32,000 bases of DNA from Vulcanisaeta distributa DSM 14429 (GTDB lineage Archaea > Thermoproteota > Thermoprotei > Thermoproteales > Thermocladiaceae), in contig NC_014537.1 of the NCBI RefSeq assembly GCF_000148385.1, positions 1,770,001 to 1,802,000 on the forward strand. The letters run 5' to 3'. Each line of letters begins with the position of its first letter. The first letter of the stretch is position 1. Below the pieces are notes generated by a model. It did not search any database and was not told the DNA's origin. It saw only the letters and a program-made list of their open reading frames with translations. The position numbers and the translations under genes were made by a program. Below, in pieces: positions 17,522 through 27,456 of this stretch.

Positions 17522-18318
17522 TGGGCATTATTGATAGGCTGTACGGTTTCGTTGTGATTAGAGGCTGGAAGATGTGGGTTTCATACAAGACGCAAGTCGT
17601 GCTTACAATGATTAACTGGGTCATCCCAGTATTTATATACTTCTTCATTGGCGTTACCCTGGGGTTTGGGAGGTTAAGTACTATTAGGGATTACACGGCA
17701 TTCATGGTCATAGGCACGGCATTCCAGGGCTACTTCTCGGCATCAGTAACGACGTTGGCTGGTCGTATAAGGAATGAGGAATTGATTGGGACCCTGGAGT
17801 ATCTAATAGCAGCGCCGCTGAGGCCTATGACGTTGATGATGTATAGTACTGTGTGGGGATTGGTTATAAATTCAATAAGTGCTATCACGGTCCTATTAAT
17901 TGGGCTTGGACTCGGTGTGCCATATAAAGTCAATGCATTGTCTACGGCTATATTCCTAATACTTTACCTGGCATCAATAATTGGCTTAAACCTAATTGCC
18001 GGTGCAGTGGTCCTAATCGTTAAGCAGGGCAATCCCATAGCCCTATTCACCTCAGTGGCCTCAAACCTACTGGGTGGCGTCGTATTCCCCATCTCGGTAT
18101 TACCGACATGGCTTAGGTACATAAGTTACTCATTATCCTTAACCTGGGCATTATCAGGGCTTAGGGGTGCCATGCTTAATGGTTACGGTATTCAACAACT
18201 CCTTAACTACCTATGGCCATTGGCCGCCTTAGCCCTGGCATACATAGTGATTGGGATTACACTATCTAATTATGCCTTCACGAGAATACTCAGGGAGGGC
18301 TCGGTCCACATGTACTGA
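17521..18318 (+). CDS. ABC-2 type transporter permease
   Basis: About six hydrophobic spans. Its ATG overlaps the ATPase stop codon (TGATG), which suggests translational coupling. Confidence 0.75.
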   Translation: MGIIDRLYGFVVIRGWKMWVSYKTQVVLTMINWVIPVFIYFFIGVTLGFGRLSTIRDYTAFMVIGTAFQGYFSASVTTLAGRIRNEELIGTLEYLIAAPLRPMTLMMYSTVWGLVINSISAITVLLIGLGLGVPYKVNALSTAIFLILYLASIIGLNLIAGAVVLIVKQGNPIALFTSVASNLLGGVVFPISVLPTWLRYISYSLSLTWALSGLRGAMLNGYGIQQLLNYLWPLAALALAYIVIGITLSNYAFTRILREGSVHMY

Positions 18319-18336
18319 GGCCAGCGATTGCAAGGG

Positions 18337-19071
18337 TTAGGTGGGCCTATGCTTACTCACTGCCTCCTTGACGGATTCGTAGACCGCCCTCCCGATTAAT
18401 TCTCCGATTTTAGAATGGCCGCCGGTGTATGTTATGCGTATGCCATTGCCTGGAACTACCATTACGTTATCCGTGCCTGTCCCCGTGGCTATTAGGCCGG
18501 GCGTGTAACTACTTGTGATTCCAAGGTCCTGGAGCGCCGCGCACTTTGCTTCCGTTATTGTTATTAAAGCCCTGGCCATGGCGGCTTCCGTCAACGAGGC
18601 GTTAGTTATTAATATGATATTTATCGTGCCTACTCTCTCGAACCTACCATCAACCTCGTACATAGATGCCTTATCCACACCAGTCCTCAACGCATTTGAC
18701 TCGACACCGGCAGTGGTGAATGCCGCCACCCACACGTCCCTATATTCATCGCTTGCCATCGCCAGGTCATCCATGTCCACCCCAGTGCCTAGGCATGCGT
18801 AATCGCCCGGGGCTATCCTCAACTGACTCATTAGTGAATCTAGGTATTTCTCACGAAAGCCCTGACTATGTAGTGCGCACCATAAGTCCGGTGGTGCGTA
18901 GTTATTGCATACGAAGCGTACATTAACCATGCCATGCATCGTACTGAGCACATGCCTTCTCTGTGCTAGGTCAATGAGGAGTGTCTTAACGTTGATGCTG
19001 CCATAGCTTTGATAGTATATTCGAGCCGTCATACCATCGCGAGACCAGACCTCCCTAAACGCGACGCTCAT
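18337..19071 (-). CDS. cbiZ: Adenosylcobinamide amidohydrolase (corrinoid salvage)
   Basis: The length and the block ITITEAKCAALQDLGI...ATGTGTDNVMVV fit the CbiZ family. Confidence 0.75.
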   Translation of the reverse strand: MSVAFREVWSRDGMTARIYYQSYGSINVKTLLIDLAQRRHVLSTMHGMVNVRFVCNNYAPPDLWCALHSQGFREKYLDSLMSQLRIAPGDYACLGTGVDMDDLAMASDEYRDVWVAAFTTAGVESNALRTGVDKASMYEVDGRFERVGTINIILITNASLTEAAMARALITITEAKCAALQDLGITSSYTPGLIATGTGTDNVMVVPGNGIRITYTGGHSKIGELIGRAVYESVKEAVSKHRPT

Positions 19072-19078
19072 TACGTAG

Positions 19079-19102
19079 TAGGATGAGCATCCTATTAATA
19101 AG
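19079..19102 (-). promoter_or_regulatory. cbiZ promoter: TATA element plus the 16-bp palindrome TAGGATGCTCATCCTA (putative operator)
   Basis: The sense strand reads CTTATTAA-TAGGATGCTCATCCTA-CTACGTA-ATG. The palindrome is at 19079-19094, 7 nt from the start codon. Confidence 0.6.
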
Positions 19103-19121
19103 CACTGCGCCCATAAAAGTC

Positions 19122-20048
19122 CTAAATAAGATAGAGGATTCCTAGGATTAGCAATGCCAAGAGCGCCCTAGTTAGTGTGGATATGAGCATTATGGTGATG
19201 CCATCCTTAGGCCCATAAATACCGAGGTAATAAGGCGCATTATGCCTGATCCCACGTATTAATGATGAGGCCACGTAACCAATCAACAACCACTTTACGA
19301 TTAAAATGCCGTTGAACCCCTCATTAATGAGTGTACCTGCGGCTGCGAAGGCCGCGTTATCGTTAATGACGTAAGCCATTATTAAACTCACCGCGTATGG
19401 ACTTAGGGTGCTGAAAGCACGTGTTAAATAATTATTGAGGTAGTTGTTAAGTCCGAGGAGCTCGATGGTGATGAGTGCCGCGCTCGTTATTGACGTAATC
19501 AGTACTATCCTCGTGATGAATTTAAGGGCCATCCTCAGATTAAGCGAATTACTCACAACCTGCCCAATAGGCTCGGTAATGCTGCCCTGGACCCTATCCT
19601 TATTTGAGCCCCATCTTCCGAGGGCCGCAAATATCATCATCTGCATTAAACCAATAGTCATGAGGATTAGGAGATAGAGGAGGCCATAGATGCCCATTGT
19701 GCCTAGCAGTACTGGGATGAGGGTCCTTAAGTGCGAGAGCAGGGCTGGGAATGCATTAATAAGAGATGCTATGTATAGCTCCCTACGTGTTAATTTACTG
19801 TCTTTATACATGGTTACGAGCATTGAGGACGCGGTGGATGGACTAACAAAGGAGACCATAAACGGTAAGGAGCAATAACTGGGCAGTCCAGACAGTGCGG
19901 TGATCCACCGCCCCAACCTGCTTATGGGCCTCATTATAGCTCTCCTACTCATTATGTAGTACATGGCAAGCACTCCTAATGCTATGCTGGGTATCGTGAG
20001 CGACAGGTAGTGAAGTTCGTAAATGATTACATTCATTGCCTGCTCCAC
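19122..20048 (-). CDS. Polytopic membrane protein of unknown function, last gene of the importer/chelatase operon
   Basis: 308 aa with about 8-9 hydrophobic spans. A GTG start overlaps the cobN stop (TAGTG); an alternative ATG is at 20036. I could not assign a family. Confidence 0.6.
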   Translation of the reverse strand: MEQAMNVIIYELHYLSLTIPSIALGVLAMYYIMSRRAIMRPISRLGRWITALSGLPSYCSLPFMVSFVSPSTASSMLVTMYKDSKLTRRELYIASLINAFPALLSHLRTLIPVLLGTMGIYGLLYLLILMTIGLMQMMIFAALGRWGSNKDRVQGSITEPIGQVVSNSLNLRMALKFITRIVLITSITSAALITIELLGLNNYLNNYLTRAFSTLSPYAVSLIMAYVINDNAAFAAAGTLINEGFNGILIVKWLLIGYVASSLIRGIRHNAPYYLGIYGPKDGITIMLISTLTRALLALLILGILYLI

Positions 20049-23000
20049 TAACCAACACCCTCCAACACACCCTCCAATTCAGCGTATATATCCCTTAATT
20101 TACGTATGACGTCCTCCGACGTATGCCACAACCCCCTTTCATACGCCTCATACAGTCTCTTGATGATTTGCTCTAATGCGTATGGATTAACCTCAATAAA
20201 CCACCTCCTCATCTCATCACTAAACACGTACGTCTCCGCAACCCTATCCCAAACCCAATCATCCACCGCATTCATAGTCGCGGCCAGGCCGAGGACATAC
20301 TCAACACGCTTCGAAATGTTCTGGGCGCCCATGTAGCCGTGCCTCCTCATACCCTCAATCCACTTTGGATTGAGTAACCTGGTCCTCACGTAGAACCCAA
20401 CGGCATCTCTAACGTTCATCATCCTAGGTCTGTCCTGGGTTAGGTCCGTGTAGAGAACTAAGGGCCTCTTACCTGAGTATACCTCGACGGACTTTGATAG
20501 GCCGCCTAGGTATGCGTAGTAGTCGTCTATGTCGATTATTGAGTAATCAACGCTGGACTGAACCTGACTAGTGACATCCACCCTACTCAGTAATGCCTTA
20601 AATAGGTCCTTGAGCTCGTTCGAGTTCATACCGCGCATGTCACCGTCATAACCAAAGCCCATGTACATGGTATAAACACTGGCGATGTCTGTATCCGCCC
20701 TCCACCTCGACGTCTCTACTAGGTGATTAACCTTATTCCCGTAGTCACCAGGCCTCTCGCTGAACGTCCTTACTAACGAGGCCTCACCATACCTATTCCT
20801 TAACTCAAGGTAGTGCTTACGGACGTAATTCACATCCACCGGCTCATCTAACCCCGCGACTAGTCTAACTGCCTTATTAATGAGCGAGATTAAGTGCGGG
20901 AACATGTCCCTGAACACGCCGCTCATTGTCACAACAACGTCTATCCTGGGCCTACCGAGGTCCTTAATAGGTATTACCTCCAACCTGGGGTCCCAACTAC
21001 CTGGCCTATGAATAAGCTTAACACCGAGGTAACGCAATGCCTGCCCAATACTGACCCCTCTAGTCCTCGACTCCTGGCCTCCCCAAACAACAATGCCGAC
21101 AGCCTCAGGATACCTACCATACTGCTCCAGGTACCTCTTAATACTCTCCTCGGCAATCCTCGCACCCAACTCAAGCGCCGATTCGCTGGGTATCTTAAGT
21201 GGGTCGAGCGCGTAGAAGTTCCTCCCGGCGGGTAGGACGTCGGAGTCCATCACGTAATCACCACCGACACCGGCCGGTATATACTCCCCATTCAACGCCC
21301 TAATTACGTTCTTAAGCTCAAGCTTAGGCGATAGCCTTAACCTCTCTACCACATCACGCGCGTAATTCAGCACGGCCTTGGCATCATCGCCCTTAATACC
21401 ATATTCCTCCGCCACCTTAATTGCTGAATCAACGCCACCCACAATCAATGCTCTGACAATCCTCCTAACCCCCTTGTCTATTGACCTTAGGATATTCGCA
21501 TACTTACCTGGATGCTCGAGTAAGTCATCATAGTCGTACCCCATTGCCTCGGCCAGGAGCCTATGTAGTGACTTAACAACGCCCCTATCACGCCTTAACG
21601 CCAGCGTTAGGTAATCAACGACCTCATCATCGCTCAACTCCACGCCGAGGACCCTCAACCCGTACGGCATTGCCGAGCGCTCCATCCTCATAAGCTCATC
21701 ATAAAGGGCTTCGAGGTCTTTCACCTCCAACCCATACTTACCCGCAATGCTCTCTATGGACTTGAGCACCGCGCTTGCCCTGGGCTTGTCGATAACGTTC
21801 GCCTCTCTGTACTCATCGATCAAGTCACGCAGCCTCTTTAGCTCATTGTTGAGGCCCGCCTCGGTTATCCTGGGCGAGAGGTGGCTAATTAGTACGGCGT
21901 ATGACCTCCTCTTGGCGATCGTGCCCTCGCCAACGACGACCACGTGGTAGATGTACACGTTTGGTAAATTCCCAAGAAGTGCGTCTGGAGGGCAGCTGGA
22001 AGACAGACCGACCTGCTTACCTGGGAGGAACTCGAGCGTGCCGTGAGTCCCAACATGGATAACGGCATCCGCATGCCAAACCTCCTCAAGCCACCTGTAC
22101 AGTGCGACGTATTGGTGATGTGGGTATAGTTCTGAGTCATGGTAAATCCTGCTGGGATCCTCATGCCAGCCCCTGCTTGGTTGCAATACAATCACTACAT
22201 TACCTAAGTCAAGCACTGGCAGTGCAAGGCCTCCATTCCTAGTCATAACATTGCCAGGGGGCTCACCCCACTGCTTAATGATCCTCTCCCTAAGCTCCGG
22301 CCTTAATTTACTGAATAGGTTCATGTACGTAGCCCTATCGACCAGTACATAATTGGCGCCGGCCGACCACCTGCCTGAGTTTGGGTTTCTCACGAAGAAC
22401 TCCTTAATGGTATCGGCAGTGACGGGCTTAACTCTAAATCCCTCCTCCGACAACCTCCTCAGTAATACTTCAACTGACTTAAGCGTGTCGAGGTATGAAG
22501 CCCTACCTATGTTCTCCTCGCCAGGTGGGTAATTATATATTATGATAGCGATCCTCTTATCGGCATTGGGCTTTTGCCTAAGGGTTAACCACCTATCAGC
22601 CCTGCTGAGCACCCTATCAACCCTGTCCTGGATTACCTCCATAGCCTTAACACCGTTTCTATTGACAAGGCCCGCTATTGGGATGGGCTCTATGGCGCCG
22701 TCGACCTCAGGCATGGCCACGGCGTATATGACCTCGATTGGGCTGAGCCCCGTTGGGTCCCTAACCCATGCGTCAGCGTCCCTACCATACATGACCACGG
22801 GGCTCATAACGGGGACGTTGAACTTAGGCAATACGTCGGAATCCTCACGGTTTCTAACCAACCTAAACCACTGTAAGTTGAGTATAGCCCCAACGCTCGC
22901 ACTGCTAAGCAACTCCCTTAGGCCCCTCAGTGTGTAGCCGTAATTGGAGAGGAGCGGGACTACATCGGCCCTACCCCTCATTATGTGGGTAATCACCTTC

Positions 23001-23710
23001 CTGGCCTTATCGTACGATTGCCCCGAGTAGGCTAACAATACTATGAACGGCGCCTTTAACCTCCTACGCATCATGAGTTCATTAATTCCGTGATATACGT
23101 TGCCCTCATCATCCTCAATCCAGTAATCCCCCAACTCGATGGGCGGCCTCGGCGCTGGCGCCTCAATACCGCAGTATTCCCTGAGTACTAGCCGTACCAT
23201 ATTAATTATATTCTCCCTACGCCAATTTCTCCAGTAATCAATCAGTAATGCCCAATTCTTAAGGTGGCGTGATACAGGGTTAGGAAGGGATTTAGACATT
23301 TCATGAAGCACGTGGGAAACGGTTTTCGGGTCGAAGTAATTAATAGACTGGGTGGGGCCATTACGTGGAGATAACGAGGCGATTAGGTAATCCCCCATTT
23401 TATAATTGTGAATTCTTGTAAGCATTACGGTTTCTAGGCCAGTGCTTAATGTAATGACGACAGGCGCCTCGCGCAACCAGTTCCCTAGGTAATTCAACAG
23501 CTCTGGGTGATCACCCATTAGGCTTAGCAGCGCTATGTCTGGCCTTGCCACGGCGGATAACTGCCTCGAAACCTCATGTATGTCGTAACTCTCCAGGTAA
23601 ATTGTGTTAAATTCCACATCATCGATTCCGCTTAATGCTTCGTTTAATGCCTCATAAAATCCCTCAGTCATTAAAGACCTGGTAATCAACAGTATACGGC
23701 ATTTTGGCAT
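20048..23710 (-). CDS. cobN: Cobaltochelatase large subunit CobN (CobN/BchH family)
   Basis: 1220 aa. Contains the conserved block ADAVIHVGTHGTLEFLPGKQVGLS and a family-typical length. Confidence 0.9.
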   Translation of the reverse strand: MPKCRILLITRSLMTEGFYEALNEALSGIDDVEFNTIYLESYDIHEVSRQLSAVARPDIALLSLMGDHPELLNYLGNWLREAPVVITLSTGLETVMLTRIHNYKMGDYLIASLSPRNGPTQSINYFDPKTVSHVLHEMSKSLPNPVSRHLKNWALLIDYWRNWRRENIINMVRLVLREYCGIEAPAPRPPIELGDYWIEDDEGNVYHGINELMMRRRLKAPFIVLLAYSGQSYDKARKVITHIMRGRADVVPLLSNYGYTLRGLRELLSSASVGAILNLQWFRLVRNREDSDVLPKFNVPVMSPVVMYGRDADAWVRDPTGLSPIEVIYAVAMPEVDGAIEPIPIAGLVNRNGVKAMEVIQDRVDRVLSRADRWLTLRQKPNADKRIAIIIYNYPPGEENIGRASYLDTLKSVEVLLRRLSEEGFRVKPVTADTIKEFFVRNPNSGRWSAGANYVLVDRATYMNLFSKLRPELRERIIKQWGEPPGNVMTRNGGLALPVLDLGNVVIVLQPSRGWHEDPSRIYHDSELYPHHQYVALYRWLEEVWHADAVIHVGTHGTLEFLPGKQVGLSSSCPPDALLGNLPNVYIYHVVVVGEGTIAKRRSYAVLISHLSPRITEAGLNNELKRLRDLIDEYREANVIDKPRASAVLKSIESIAGKYGLEVKDLEALYDELMRMERSAMPYGLRVLGVELSDDEVVDYLTLALRRDRGVVKSLHRLLAEAMGYDYDDLLEHPGKYANILRSIDKGVRRIVRALIVGGVDSAIKVAEEYGIKGDDAKAVLNYARDVVERLRLSPKLELKNVIRALNGEYIPAGVGGDYVMDSDVLPAGRNFYALDPLKIPSESALELGARIAEESIKRYLEQYGRYPEAVGIVVWGGQESRTRGVSIGQALRYLGVKLIHRPGSWDPRLEVIPIKDLGRPRIDVVVTMSGVFRDMFPHLISLINKAVRLVAGLDEPVDVNYVRKHYLELRNRYGEASLVRTFSERPGDYGNKVNHLVETSRWRADTDIASVYTMYMGFGYDGDMRGMNSNELKDLFKALLSRVDVTSQVQSSVDYSIIDIDDYYAYLGGLSKSVEVYSGKRPLVLYTDLTQDRPRMMNVRDAVGFYVRTRLLNPKWIEGMRRHGYMGAQNISKRVEYVLGLAATMNAVDDWVWDRVAETYVFSDEMRRWFIEVNPYALEQIIKRLYEAYERGLWHTSEDVIRKLRDIYAELEGVLEGVG

Positions 23711-23712
23711 GG

Positions 23713-25656
23713 TTAGTCACCAACCCTGACAGTATCCACCGCGTACTTACTGAGTACGTCAATGTACGTTATCGATGGGTCATAAATCAACTGCGGCCTT
23801 GTATCGTAAATAACCACCTTAGCCAACCTACTTAACTCGACCATGAAGCTCTCGAGCTCCTCCCTGACATCCTTCATTAAAGGTACGTTGGCCTTACCGT
23901 CAGTTATGACGTAGACCCAGTAATCACCCCTCAACTTAAGGCCCAACCTCTTAATTAGGTCAACGGCGCAGGCGAGTGCCGCAGATAACGGCGTCGCGCC
24001 ACCGCTTGGTAACCCCTCTAGAGTACTTAATACCTGCCAGTAATTCCTCGTTGGTTCGATAATCACGTCCACGCCACGGCCTCTGAAACTTATGAGACCT
24101 ACGTAACTCCTCTTCACGTAAGACTCCTCGGCTATTCTCCTCACCAGTCCCTTTGCTACCTCAATCCTTCTCATGAAGTTCATACTACCGCTGGCGTCAA
24201 GGACTATCAGCGAGATCCTCGGGGCCCTAACCCTCCTAACCCTAACCATTAGGTCTCCCCAATCAACCTTAATCGGCAACCCCGCACCCCTAAGCGCTGC
24301 GTGCACGATCGATGCCGTTAAATCAACATCAGCCGAGCCCTCCTTATTACTAATTGGTAGGTACATGTATGGAATACCGTGGGGCTGACCAACAATCCTC
24401 CTGAAGGAGGACCTTGACCCCAGCCCATGGCTTCCAGCGTGTATGAACTCCTTCCTAAACTCCACTGGAATACCCACGCTAGCTACCCCATACCTCCTGG
24501 AATTACCGTCCACACCGCCTACATTACCTCCAGTACCTGCATTGCTATGTTCATCTTGTGCCGTGCTCATGCCATCCCTCAACATGCCACCTCGCTGGTT
24601 AGGTGTTTGCCCTGGTTGTTCATTCCGTGTGTTATTATCGTTAATCAATGGTTGAGGGAGTATCGGTGGTTTAGGCCTCTCGAATGGCCGGGCCTTGAGC
24701 CTATGTGGTAGTGCAAGTTCCATGGCCCTCTGTAAATCCTCCATGGTGACCCTAGTCCTCCCCTCCAACGCCGCTAATGCTTTAGCGGTCCTTGTCGTGA
24801 CTATCTCGGCGCGACTCGTCCTTATGTCCAGTTTAATTATAGTCTCAACTAGGGTCTTGAGTAGGTCATCAGGCATCTCAACCCTTTTCACCAATTCCCT
24901 GGCCTTCCTAATCTCTTCCCTAATCTTCTTAATCTCAGGTTCCCACCTTCTGTAAAAGCCCTCGGGGTCCCTATTGAATTCCTCAACCCTCCTAACAATC
25001 TCAGCCCTCACCTCCGGGTCCCTGGGAGCCTCTACATCTACGATGAGGCCAAACCTATCGAGAAGTTGAGGCCTGAGTTCACCTTCCTCGGGATTCATGG
25101 AGGCCACTAGTATGAACCTGGCCGGGTGTTTGACGGACACGCCCTCCCTCTCCACCACGTTCCAGCCGTAGGCGGCTGCGTCCAGGAGTATGTCGATTAT
25201 GTAATCATCGAGTAGGTTAACCTCATCAATGTATAGGATGTTCCTGTTAGCCTCAGCTAAAAGGCCAGGTTGGAGTGCCCTCACGCCCTCCGTTATTGCC
25301 CTCTTGATGTCCAGCGTGCCGACAAGCCTATCGACGGTTATTGAGAGGGGTAGGTCAATAACCCTCATCTTTTTAATCGCCACCGGCAACCTCTCACCCC
25401 TCTGGTACCTGGCATAGCATGAGTCACACATCAGTTGCGGATCGCGTGGGTCGCAATTGAATGGGCAGTCGGCCACCACCTCAACCTCAGGCAGCACATC
25501 CGCAAAGGACCTAACTAGCGTGGTCTTCCCAGTACCCTTATCACCCCTAAGCAGGACACCGCCAATTAATGGGTTAACAGCGACGGCGAGAAGGGCCGAC
25601 TTAGCCTTATCCAACCCCACGATGGCGGGGAACGGAAAGGTAACACGACGGCTCAT
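23713..25656 (-). CDS. Fused ChlI-ChlD type chelatase ATPase (AAA+ module, linker, VWA module)
   Basis: The N-terminus FPFPAIVGLDKAKSALL...LLRGDKGTGKTT is a ChlI/BchI-type AAA+ module. It carries the Cys insert CPFNCDPRDPQLMCDSCY. A Pro/Gln/Gly/Asn-rich linker follows. The C-terminal VWA domain has the MIDAS motif LDASGSM. Confidence 0.85.
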   Translation of the reverse strand: MSRRVTFPFPAIVGLDKAKSALLAVAVNPLIGGVLLRGDKGTGKTTLVRSFADVLPEVEVVADCPFNCDPRDPQLMCDSCYARYQRGERLPVAIKKMRVIDLPLSITVDRLVGTLDIKRAITEGVRALQPGLLAEANRNILYIDEVNLLDDYIIDILLDAAAYGWNVVEREGVSVKHPARFILVASMNPEEGELRPQLLDRFGLIVDVEAPRDPEVRAEIVRRVEEFNRDPEGFYRRWEPEIKKIREEIRKARELVKRVEMPDDLLKTLVETIIKLDIRTSRAEIVTTRTAKALAALEGRTRVTMEDLQRAMELALPHRLKARPFERPKPPILPQPLINDNNTRNEQPGQTPNQRGGMLRDGMSTAQDEHSNAGTGGNVGGVDGNSRRYGVASVGIPVEFRKEFIHAGSHGLGSRSSFRRIVGQPHGIPYMYLPISNKEGSADVDLTASIVHAALRGAGLPIKVDWGDLMVRVRRVRAPRISLIVLDASGSMNFMRRIEVAKGLVRRIAEESYVKRSYVGLISFRGRGVDVIIEPTRNYWQVLSTLEGLPSGGATPLSAALACAVDLIKRLGLKLRGDYWVYVITDGKANVPLMKDVREELESFMVELSRLAKVVIYDTRPQLIYDPSITYIDVLSKYAVDTVRVGD

Positions 25657-26417
25657 ACGATCACCACCGGTCTACCGTTATGTTCAATCACCGTGGTTTT
25701 GACCCCGTACACCTCCTCAATAATGCTTGGGCTGACATCGCCTGGACTTAATTCAGCGATTACCCTACCATTGTGCATCACGTAAATCCTATCCGCATAC
25801 TTAAGGGCTAGGTTTATGTCATGCATTGCAGTTAATACTGCAATTCCATCCTCACGCGCTATCCTCGATAATACTTCCATTACCATAACCTGGTGCTTGA
25901 GGTCTAGGTTACTCGTCGGTTCATCAAGAAGCATTAAAACACCTCCCTGCGCGATGGCCCTAGCTATGTGAACGAGTTGGGCTTCGCCACCACTAAGCCT
26001 ATTAATCATCTTATTAGCCAAGTATTCAATGCCAAGCCTTCTCATGGCATTAATGGCTACATCAACATCGAACTTGCTTGGTCTAAGCCCCATGTACGGC
26101 AGTCTACCCAGCAGGACAGCGTGGAATGCCTCGATTGGGTACGTGACTACGTAATTCTGCGGTACGTAGGAAACGAGCCTAGCAATTTCACGTCTACTCA
26201 TCCTCAATGCATCCCTACCGTTGATCCTAATGAAGCCCTTGAAGACCTTAGCCATGCCCAGAATACACCTAATTAATGTGGACTTACCGGCACCGTTGGG
26301 CCCCATTAATGCCACCAATTCTCCATCTTTAGCGTTAATGCTTACGTCCCTGATTATCGGTCTCTCGTAGCCGCACGTAAGATTCCTTACTTCAAGCACG
26401 TCATTACTCATAACCAT
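25653..26417 (-). CDS. ABC importer ATP-binding protein (FepC/BtuD type)
   Basis: Walker A GPNGAGKST, signature LSGGEAQ, Walker B LLDEPTSNLD. It overlaps both neighbouring genes. Confidence 0.85.
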   Translation of the reverse strand: MVMSNDVLEVRNLTCGYERPIIRDVSINAKDGELVALMGPNGAGKSTLIRCILGMAKVFKGFIRINGRDALRMSRREIARLVSYVPQNYVVTYPIEAFHAVLLGRLPYMGLRPSKFDVDVAINAMRRLGIEYLANKMINRLSGGEAQLVHIARAIAQGGVLMLLDEPTSNLDLKHQVMVMEVLSRIAREDGIAVLTAMHDINLALKYADRIYVMHNGRVIAELSPGDVSPSIIEEVYGVKTTVIEHNGRPVVIV

Positions 26418-27456
26418 ATTGGGTCCCCCTTGATATGACGATGGCCAGTAAGTATGGTGCGCCGATCATTGAAAGTACAACGCCTATGGGTATCACGTAT
26501 GGCGGCACTAGGGCCTTTGAGACCACGTCGGCTAGTACAGCAACGTCAGCACCCATGAGTGCCGAGGCTGGCACTAGGTACCTATTGTCATTACCAATGA
26601 GTATCCTCATTATGTTTGGTATCACTAAGTCGATAAAGCCCACCAAACCAACGAAGCTTATCACAGCCGCTGCCTGGAATGCCGTCACGAGCATTACGGC
26701 CAGTCTCGTATTCCTGACATTAACACCGAGGCTATGGGCGACATCATCGCCTAAATTAAGCGCGTTTAGTCTCCATGAAATGAGTACGTAGTATGGTATT
26801 GCAAGTAGTGACAGGGACATGTAGGGTATGTAGTTGAGGGTTACGTTAGTTACGCTACCCAGCATCCACATGACGATGGCGTGACTTACATCTGGATTGC
26901 CAGAGAAGTACTGGATTAACGAAGTACCTGTGCTAAACACGAACATCACGGCTACGCCGGCCAGTATTATCGTGACCGGCGACGCACCCTTAATGAAGGA
27001 TAGGAAGTAGACGAGTAGTGCTGCTATTGATGCCGCTATAAATGCGCCAATAATTACTAGGTACGGCTCCGTTATCACGGGTAAGTAATACCTAACGACG
27101 TAGCCGGCGCCGAGGAGTATGGCCACGGCAGCCCCAAAGCCCGCGGCTGCGGAGACGCCGAGTGTGTAGGTCGACGCCAGCGGATTCCTAAGAATACCCT
27201 GCAGCATGGCGCCTGCGGATGCGAGTGACGCGCCAAGTAGTAGCGATGCTAAAGTCTCGGGAAGCCTTATTTGCCATATCACTAAGTACGTATCGTGGGG
27301 AACACCGAATACGGGGTCAATACCATCAATAATTGCCTTCAAGGCAACAATGGGATTAACTCTATAGGCCCCGATCACCACATCAAGAATTATTAACGGA
27401 AATAATGCTAAGCCGCTGGCCATTATTAACCCCCACCTCATCCACTGCACCACCAA
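26404..27456 (-). CDS. FecCD/BtuC family ABC importer permease
   Basis: 350 aa with about 9-10 hydrophobic spans. The pattern is typical of the FecCD family (LGDDVAHSLGVNV...). Confidence 0.85.
   Translation of the reverse strand: MVVQWMRWGLIMASGLALFPLIILDVVIGAYRVNPIVALKAIIDGIDPVFGVPHDTYLVIWQIRLPETLASLLLGASLASAGAMLQGILRNPLASTYTLGVSAAAGFGAAVAILLGAGYVVRYYLPVITEPYLVIIGAFIAASIAALLVYFLSFIKGASPVTIILAGVAVMFVFSTGTSLIQYFSGNPDVSHAIVMWMLGSVTNVTLNYIPYMSLSLLAIPYYVLISWRLNALNLGDDVAHSLGVNVRNTRLAVMLVTAFQAAAVISFVGLVGFIDLVIPNIMRILIGNDNRYLVPASALMGADVAVLADVVSKALVPPYVIPIGVVLSMIGAPYLLAIVISRGTQYGYE

Noticed and set aside
20106-25702. Many 60-130 aa plus-strand ORFs across cobN and the ChlI-ChlD gene (for example 20894-21235, 22542-22937, 24427-24711)
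   Set aside because: They are antisense shadow ORFs within long, well-supported minus-strand genes. Their sequences are Ser/Leu/Pro/Thr-rich and show no recognisable domains.
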